Positions 54,501 to 64,000 of a stretch of 64,000 bases of DNA are shown piece after piece (positions within the stretch are counted from its first letter, which is position 1; every line of letters begins with the position of its first letter). The DNA is from Paramecium tetraurelia (taxonomy: Eukaryota), in assembly GCA_000165425.1 (NCBI GenBank), contig CT868640.1:315142-379141 (forward strand), given 5' to 3'. The position numbers and the translations under genes were made by a program. The notes beneath the pieces are model-generated. The model ran no database searches and was not told where the DNA came from. It saw only the letters and a list, made by a program, of their open reading frames with translations.

Positions 54501-57500
54501 TGTTTTATAATTTAAACCCTATCTAAATAAATGATTGATTTAATCTTCTCTGTTTAGCTAATTGATATTAGATTGAACGGATAAACAGGCTAAATTTATG
54601 AGAACTAACATTCTTTCATTTTCAACTTAGCGAGATTATTAAATTTAAGAATTGGGGATAAAAAGATTCCCTCTATAAGAAATTTTCTTATTTAGATGCT
54701 CCCTCCATCAATTGCAATGACAGCATTCGTATTACTAATTATATTTGATATTTCGGATTAAGATATAATTCCAATTTTGTCAAAATATTTAATCCAGAAT
54801 TCTTCTGTTTAAATTGCCTTAAAATGTTATACATTTACAATGTTTGATTACTAGCTTAAAGAGCTAAATTAAATGTTAAAAAATTGATTCATCAAAGAGA
54901 TGCAATTGATAATCTAGATATCATCCAAATTAATTTTATTTCCTTGAACTGATGTTTATATAGTGAGGATTGTTGAAGACATTCTATTTAAGATGTTTTC
55001 AAAATATCCTCCTACTATTTTTAAATTTAAAATACTATTTTGTGAATATATTGCAATGCAACCAGTGCTGCTTATTGATTGTAGATTAGTTTCAATATTA
55101 TATGCAGCTATATTATTTAATATTATATTTCCTTGATTTTAGGTTTAAATTTCAAAGATTGCACTTTGATGAGCAAGGATATTTTGAAAATAGCAATTTG
55201 TACAAGAAAATATTGAAGCTATTATTTATCCTGCTCCTCCTTTATTTAGTATTTTGATGGAGTCTTGCACTGCCAAATTGATACCTGCTTAATCAATATT
55301 TTGATTGAATTAAATCCCAAAATAACTTTCCCATAGCTCTTAAGGCAACATATTATGATTCAGTACCTAATAATTAGTGATTTAAATCGAATATGAATTG
55401 ATAGTAATGAACGAGTTTGATGAATTTGTTACAGCATTCAATTCACAAAACAAACTATGTATTTCTACTTTACTTAATAATGATTATATATAAATTAATC
55501 CAGCCTGTGTTTCTAAAGGGTTATCAATAAACTAATGTAAAAAGTTGCTCTTAAATTTTATATTATCAATAAAAATCAATAATTCGTCATAAGAGTATAT
55601 CACCAATAAAGAAAATAAGTCAGCCTTCTCCTTTTGAAGTAACATATTTTTTTCAAACCGAATATTTGAGAGTTCTACTCTGCCTAAGGAATAATTGAGA
55701 AATTATCTCCCAAAGTTAACCTATATCTATGAATAGATGGAGCTGAATTGATTGTATATATCCACATCTTTTGAGATTAATTTTGAGAACCCTAATAATT
55801 ATGAGGGTTAGGCATTTTTTGAATCTAAAGCCTCCCAGCATTTTAGATTAAGCGGAATCCTATATGCAGCTTAAGTTGATTGAAATGTAACATTCTTCAT
55901 AACAACTTCTTCATTTTCAATGATATAAAAAACAAGACAATTTCTTGTATTTTAGATAACAGCATTCTGTAAGTTAAATTAATTACTATGAATCTTAAAT
56001 AATTGAAGTTAAATATTAGTTTGATCTTCTCTATCTATTTCTGATATATATATATCAGATATCGAAAATACAATATTGTTCATTGCCAAACCTGAAAATA
56101 TTAAAAATAAAATGGCCTCTTAAAGAATATTTTCTAGAGCCTAATAATTATTGATTATGCAAAATAATTTATCCTTACTTTAAGCATTTTTAATTGCTAT
56201 AAATTAAGATTAAACAAACGTATTCTTGTTAGTTTAGACATTGGATAATTCTAAATTATAATCAAAGGAAATTATTGTCGAAAATTTTACAATGTTCATG
56301 TTAAATCCTAAATTTTTTATATTTAAGTTGAAATAATTGTCACTGTTAATTAAAAAAGAGTTAACAAAATTAGAGTTTGTAATAATAATAGTTGTAAGAT
56401 AAACAAAGTTTATAAACTTTGAATTGTTTGATATAAATGAAAAAAATGAGGAATTGTAAATATAACATTGATTAATAGTTACCTTTTAAATAGAAATAAT
56501 AAATTTTTTATTTGCAAAATTGAATAGGGTTGAGTTATTTAGAATACAATTCTCTATTAATAAAGTCTCTATTTCAATATAACCTTCAAATTTTGATTAC
56601 TCTAGATTAAATACGTAGGAGTTTTCGAAAGTCAACCTCTGAAACCTTAATCCTTTCAGCGTTATATTGCTAAAAAACTCAGTTTAAAAAATAGTATTAT
56701 CTTTGATTACACTATCTTAAAGTAAGACTTCATGTAATTTTAAACCTATTTTATTTTTGTCATTCTCTAAAATAAAAGGCAGAACATTTAAAAATCCCAT
56801 AGTATGAATCTCAACTTCATCAAAATTTTAAATAAAACTTGAGGAACTCAATTTAATTAGACAAGAGGACTTAGAGGTTATTATTAAATTTGTCCTATTA
56901 AGCATAAAAATTTTAGTTTTCAGATTTGTCCAATATATGAGAGGACAAATCAGATAACAAATCTCTTCAGTAAATTCATTATAAAAAGTATAGTCAATTG
57001 TAATTTAATCAACTCCAACTGAATTGCAATAATCTATATTGATACCATCTTCATAATGAGTAAATATATCTCCGACTTAATTTTCACAAGACTAAAAGAT
57101 ATCATCAGAAGTAAACATTAATGAAAAATGTGTTTAACAATCATCAGAAAAGCAATACTTTGCAATTTATGTATAAGGATCTATCACTACATTTATTTCC
57201 TTAATTGGTTTGAGGCAAATCATAGTATATTTTTTATTATTTTCACTCAATTGAAAACTTGGTTACAATTTCTATTATAGAAGTAAGAAATACTTTAATT
57301 TCGCCCTATTCGCGATTTCTACAAATCTCACATAATTAGGGACAAGAAATACATTAGCCATCCTCTTAGGTTCTTATTGGAGTATTAAAATAATTTAGAG
57401 GACATTTTTAACAAATAAAGTTTTCATAAGATTTTTCACATTTTAAACAATCTTAGCTGCATTATTTAGCACATTAAGAAAAAATTGATAGGTCATATCC

Positions 57501-60094
57501 TTAGGTACATTTAGTAGGCATAGCAACAATATCTGACGTGTATGTAGTTCTTAGTGGATAATAATAATTGTTTGGCAAAAATCTCATCATAAAACTCTAG
57601 ATAAACCATGACCATGCATCATTTTCATAAAAGTCTCCATCCATAACAATAATTGCATTATCTATCTTATATTAAAAACATGTTCCTGTTTGAATTGAAT
57701 TCTTGTAACCAGGTTCGCAGATAATACATTGAATTTTTTCATCTGGAGTTAAGAGACACTACTGGCAATTTTTTTAATATTTTTAACAATTTATAATTTC
57801 AGGGGCAATCGAAAAGTCTGAAAAAGAAGATAATGTGCAAACTGACTAACCTTAAAAATTGATGTAAGATCTTAAACAATTTGTTATTTAAGGCTTTTGG
57901 TATAGACACAATCCCTAATTGAAATCAAAAATGTAGTTTTCTTTACATAAAGCACAACCAATTTATATTCTTTCATCATTAATAAATTCTTCGAAATCCT
58001 TATATAAGGTGCATCTGATTTAAGATTCATTTTATTGAAATTCAAAACAATATTTGCAATTGTCTATTGGACACAACTTACATTCAAAAGTTGAAGAAAT
58101 ATAATAAGGAGAAACACAAGTATTTCTAATATCGGAGTTATCATAAGTACAAAATCCATCAGTCAAAACTGCCTAATAAGTACATCTTGAGCATTTGAAA
58201 CCTGATTCCGAAACATAACATTATTAGCAAGCAAATAATTGGCATTTATAACAGTTAGGCAACTCATTAAAACATAGATTTTTGAAGTTCTCATTTATTA
58301 CTGAAAAGTCTGAAAAAAGGTTCTCAATACTATCAATGCCTGTATTTTCACAGTATTAGCAATACTAAATACTACTAATTCCATCAAAAACAAAATGATC
58401 ATTAGATTCATCATAGAATGATTTGTCAATATCTCCATTAGGACTTACATAGATGTGGGTTTTACATTATGGGTCTTTACTCCATTATCCAGGATTTCTG
58501 AGACACTCCAAACATGTTATAAAGTCTTCACGAATAATCGATGGGCTAATTATAAATTTTATTCGTACCATTTACAACATTCTTGATTATATTAAAAATA
58601 ACCGTATTTACATTAATTCCATTATTAAAATTATTAAAGAATTATTAATTTTGAATCTTAATAGGAATGGCAAATTCCAACATCAATTGTATGAATAGGA
58701 CAAATACAAGCTTTTTGTTCATTTAAATATGATCTATTTGAGTCAATTGGACAAGATAGGCAATCTCGATTTGTTGGCCCATCACAATCTTGACAACTTA
58801 AATGGCATATTTATTGTGTGAATAAATCTTCACAAATTGTAAAAGTAACATCTCTTATTTATATTTTTAAAAAGTTAGTCTCAAGCTATTAGCAATTACC
58901 ATAAAGAAGTTTAAACTAATTCTATTTAAATTATAAAAAAATAATAGATTCTTGAAATTCATAAACATTTTATTTATCAAGAAATTTTATTTAAATATTC
59001 ATTTTATTCTCCTTCACTTGTATTTAAAAGTTGTGCCATAAGGTGAGATCGTTTATAACATCAAATTCAGTGATAATAAGAAAAGGATTATCTAAAAAGT
59101 CTAATGTAACAATTGGAAATGTATAACTATATGTGGTTATTATTATTTTATTTGTTACTGATGATATCTTATAAGATAATGTTAAGGGGGACAGATTTAA
59201 ATTCGAAAACTTTTAGTTCTCGTAATTTAAACCTAACTTAATAAATTAATATTCAAAGCCATCATCCAAATTTATAATTTCTTGAATTCTAATCCATCCA
59301 GATAAAAAAAAAGAATCACAATTCAGATTTTCCGAAATATAAGTTCCATAATCAAGATAATCGAGATCAGAATCAGCTATTTTCTTTTTATTGTTTTCCG
59401 TGCACTAACAATATGTATTTTTTCCCAATACTATTTTTGCTGATTCAACCAGACTCAAACCTGGCGAAATGCCTTCAATTTAAAATTTTCGTAATACAAT
59501 TGACCCAGGAAAATAGGAAAATTTAGTACCATATTATATAGATTCTATTTTAGAATCAAGTACAATCAAGCTACCTCCAAAAGTTAATTGTATTTCTTAA
59601 TCTTAATAAGGATAAGACATTGAGAGTATGTCAAAATGCAAGACTTCAATGAGTGAGAAAAGAATAATTTCTAATTAATTTAGTTTAGGAGTTCCAGAGA
59701 TCCCTAAAAAATACCACACATTCTCATAATTAAAAATTTCTAACTAAACCTGAATTTTATGCTATTCATTATTATTATTAATGAACTCAAGTGTTTTCGA
59801 AATTGTTTTCGATTCATAATCTAAAAAATCGTAATATATTAAATTCAAACTTTGATTATCTATTTAATATGCGTTATGAAGCTAAAAGCAATTGCTTTCT
59901 TATAATCCAACAGGACCTACTTGTGATGTAATACTGAGAGGGTTATATTTTGACCAAATACCATAACTAAAGCCATCTTTCCAGGTAAAATTATCATCCT
60001 TAAAATAAACTTAAGTATGTAGCACTTAATAAAGAGGATCTAATGGCATAACTTAGATCTATATTATTAAGTTTAAGATTATGAGTAATCTCAT
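51507..60094 (-). CDS. Very large surface membrane protein: Cys-rich furin-like repeats, probable beta-helix region, multi-TM C-terminus
   Basis: Hydrophobic start MRLLIILNLII; CHLSCQDCDGPTNRDCLSC and many CxxC repeats; GGGIHL/GGGIYL motifs; CQLGHIGGLCEECD; TM region with LFNEYDIKNYFWELIKL; few introns; 3' end approximate. Confidence 0.8.
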
Positions 60095-62029
60095 TATTTT
60101 TTATTTATTTAATTATTTGCAGAATAATAAAAAATCATTCTTATTAATACCATTTAAGACTATTTTATCAAAGACATTTTTAATTAAAACCCTCAATATA
60201 TTTTGAAATTTAAAAAATTCTCCTATGAGACTGAGTTTTATGCAACATCATTAATATATTCTAGGTAAACGGTATTTAATAATGCAAGTGTTTTTTTAAG
60301 TTTACCTTTATAATAATTCTCTAGTATATTAATAATGATGTCAAATAAATTTATGGTTAAGGAACAAAACAATGAATAATAATCCAAAAAAGCCAATAAA
60401 ACTGAAAGATTTATTTTAATGAAACCTTTATTATTATCCTGATAACTTTAATTTATAGCGAAATTGCATGACAAAGTTAAGAGAAAGCAAACGTTCAATT
60501 AAAAACTTTTTTAAAATAAGATCGTTTACATATCATTTGAGCAGCAAACAAACTCCTTATTGTTTGTAAATTAAAACTTATAATCTATATTATCATGTAA
60601 CCAAAATTTTAAAAGATACTCATTGCCTTGATCATAATACATCTTTCAAGTTCTTCAATGAGTAAGTTAAAGCATATATCAAAGAGGAAAGAGCAAGAAG
60701 AGAACATTGGTGAATTCTCTTAACATCGTAAGCCATTGATAGTCAGATTGATAAAAATACAATAATCAATATAATCATTCTACAGCATATATTTCATCCT
60801 CAAGGAGCATTTCTAATTATCTTTCTAACATTAAAAAGGGTCCCATGTTCTAACCATGTTACAGAAAATAGATGAATCCATGAATAGAGAGACTATTCTT
60901 TTTTAAGCTTTAGTTTTTAAATAATCTGATCAATTCTGAAAATGTATTCAAGTTTCCCCAATCTTCATTACAAAACCCCATCAGAGTGAAGAAAAATTTA
61001 TTAACCTGCAAAGCTTGACTACATCCTAAAATAAAACTTTCTTGGATTATGACAAATACTTAATAGATTTTCCTGCCGGCGATCTTTAGAATAAAATAAT
61101 TTGAAAGTATCAATAGAGCTTAAGGATTTTTTAGAAATTTTCAATGTAAAGTGGACCAGAGTCCCCCCCCTCCACTTTTAAAAGACTCCCAATACTTATT
61201 AAGTAAATGAGTGTTGATCACAAAAGTCTTTGGAAGATATCTTCTTATTGAACATCAAATTATTAGGAAAATAGTTTATGGTCTGAGAATTAAATAGATT
61301 TATTCTAAAATAAATTGTGATTCTAGTACCATAAAAGGAATTGTATGGAAATTTTGCTAAATCAAAATAATTTGGAGAGCTATTGCTGCGATACTGAGTA
61401 AAGTTTCTTCTTTATTTATCACTCAAATTTCTTAGATGATACTAAAAATTACAAACCTATTACAAGAAATTTATTTAATTTTTGAATGTTCTTTTGTTTA
61501 TGTGAGTACCTTTATATTTTATGAAATAGCCTTAATCATCTTATAACAATTTTATTTAATTGTTTACTCAATATTTCAAACTGAATTTCTTTCTCGACTA
61601 ATATTTTGGCACTTGACACTATTTCTATTTTCATTCAAATAATAGTTATTATTACCTAAACCTAATTATTGATTCAATTATTTATGCTACTTGAAGAATA
61701 TATACAATTGTTTTTCAATATAAATTGAATTGTTAAATTTAAAAAATATTTTGAGCGTTTAGAAGATTGTTTAAATTGAGATAGATTCTATAGACATTCA
61801 ATTTAAGTTTAGGGTTAATATTAATTTTAATCAATAAAAACTTATCTGCTTCGAACGAAGATCAAATCATAATTGATTTTCTATGAAGCAAAGTTCTAAT
61901 AATAATTACTTCTGCGAATGTAAAAGGAATTTATCAGAAAAATAATTCTAAAATTGAAGAATTTATATGCAGATATTCTTTTCATGTTACATTATACTGA
62001 TTTGAAATTTCTAATTGTACTACAAATCA

Positions 62030-62895
62030 ATATATTTAATTCAAGAGGTTATAGTTGGAGGTACTTCATATACGGAGCGTTGTTTGCAAGCTGTTACCAA
62101 TATAATAAAACCAAGTATGATAATGATGCCAATCAAAAATCCATAAAAAATACTGAATAAACCAAAAGTGATTCCATAAAAAATACCTAACCACCCTTTC
62201 CACCCGTCTTTCGCAAAAGTGAATTATCTTCTTTTGGGTAAAAAACCGAAAATTAATGAAGCAAAGGCTACTACAAATTCACCAATAATTGAGAATAGCC
62301 AAAATATTCTTAATGCAGTTGAAGCTTCAATCTCTTCCTCATACTTACTCTTAATTATAAATAAATATATGATGACAATAATTGATCCAAGACATAAACC
62401 ACAAGAAATATTCTTTAATCCTCCTTCTTTCTAATAATCTGGCTTCTTATTTTTTTAACAATTAGATAGAAATAATCCGAATACATTTATAAATAAATTT
62501 GTTCCAAAGAAGGTCAGTGTATAAAATTCAATAGTATATTCTTCTAAATTTGACTCTCCATTTGCAAGTAAATATGATATTGCTATTATTAATTAAAACA
62601 TATCCATGTATTTATATCTCTATTCTCTTTTTTCAGTTTATGATAGACCTTTTGAAAAATAAGGAAATTCACAAGTGATGACATAGACATGAAAAATAAA
62701 CCATGCCCCCATTTATGCTATTAGTTCAAACCAAGTATAAGTATTTAAATCTTTTACTATAATTGTGACAACAAAAAAAATTATTCTACATACCATACCA
62801 ATCAAAATATTAACATCAAGCCTATCATCATCTAGAGTTCCTAGTAAGCAGGATAATATTGCATCTACAAAATCTATTATGTTGGTGTTTTTCAT
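62030..62895 (-). pseudogene. Multi-pass membrane protein remnant (transporter-like), frame-disrupted
   Basis: Successive hydrophobic segments (e.g. WLGIFYGITFGLFSIFYGFLIGIIIILGF) in different frames without clear introns. Confidence 0.35.
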
Positions 62896-64000
62896 AACAA
62901 ATTTGTTTTAAAAACTAATTATAAAAATATTTTATTTAGAAATTTATAGTATAGTTATTATTCAGATTCTCAAATATTAATTTACTGATTTTAAAATAAT
63001 AAATATAGAAGAAATAGTCAAAGATATTATAAAAAATCTGTCTAGGGATTATCAAATTAGGGTTTAGTTTTTGCTATCTAGCCACTACCTACCTAATAAT
63101 ATTACTATGGTCAGGCTAAGGAAGACTAACTGTAAATTTGGAGGTGGACGTTGCCATTGGCATGGAATTGTTTAATAGGCAGGGGATACATTAGGAATAT
63201 GTTCTCTAATAAACAAAAACGGTATAATGCTTGAAATTTTCATTCTCATAAAAAAACGAAAATGTATAAACTATTTAAAAATTAGATATATCAGAGGGAA
63301 TAATTCCATTATGTAAATCATTTAAATTTGGCTTCAAAAAAAAATTATCAAGTCTACAAAATTGATCAACTTTTAAAAAATCCTAAAATTAATCAATTTA
63401 TGAAAAAAATAATAAATTCAAAAAAATTAAATTAATAAAGTGTCCAAAAAAAATAAAATTATTAATACTTCGATAATAGTTTTCAACAAAATTTTCAAGA
63501 TAATTCTTTGACAACCTCAATAAAAACTTGCATTAAAAAAAAGACCAATATATCATAAAATAAAATTTAGTAAATGAAACAATATTAACTTAACAACAAA
63601 TGAATTATGTAAATCATTATATTATTAAAATTATAAATGTAAAAGAAATTAATTCTTCTAAATTTAATTAGTATATAATCATATTTGTAACTTTTTTTTT
63701 ATCTTCATTGACAAATTTTTATTTCAAATTTACTTGCTTCATAATTGTTAATTTAAGTTTCAGTTTTAGGTGCTTCAAAATATTTGAAATTGCTAAATAG
63801 ATCAATTAATTATATAATACTGTGTGTTTAATATGCTGCACTTCATAGTAGATGAATAATCTTTAATTTCACCTGCACAAAACATATTTATGTTATTCAT
63901 AAATTAATCATGTTTGTGTAAAACTTACAAAAGGTTAAGCACTATAGTTAACAAATTCTATTTTTTTTATTTTTATGTGTGCTTAAGAATTTGATATTCA

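Noticed and set aside
61805..63070. Isolated TTAGGGTT motifs as telomeric repeats
   Set aside because: Single copies, and not the tandem TTGGGG/TTTGGG Paramecium repeat
1..64000. CRISPR arrays, transposons, prophage or retained IES elements
   Set aside because: No spaced direct-repeat array, transposase/RT motifs or TA-bounded insertion interrupting a gene was seen; the frameshifts found are 1-2 nt, too small for IESs

Overview
AT-rich, gene-dense eukaryotic DNA from a ciliate macronuclear chromosome, almost certainly Paramecium. TAA/TAG read as Gln inside conserved domains, TGA is the only stop, and genes carry ~20-30 nt GT..AG introns, so the supplied ORF track shows fragments or antisense artefacts. 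Re-read in the ciliate code, the window holds about 33 protein genes and one tRNA-Leu(CAG). Recognisable genes: a WDR63-like dynein intermediate chain, hybrid histidine kinase, two Rabs, MATE transporter, RPS15, CLK/LAMMER kinase, ZNF598, strumpellin, a VPS10/sortilin, TRAF-type RING, a minimal COMMD, CDT1, a Neo1/ATP9 flippase, DDX47, NDUFA12, GPN2 and an ~8.6 kb Cys-rich surface protein. The right end is degenerate and gene-poor. The most notable find is a 199-aa signal-peptide protein absent from the ORF track (9983-10607, minus, one 25-nt intron) whose body resembles a bacterial polymorphic-toxin C-terminal domain, a candidate horizontally acquired, domesticated effector. Also notable are a cluster of endosomal-recycling genes and frameshifts in the sortilin and CLK genes. 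All calls come from manual translation and motif recognition without database searches; some gene ends are approximate.
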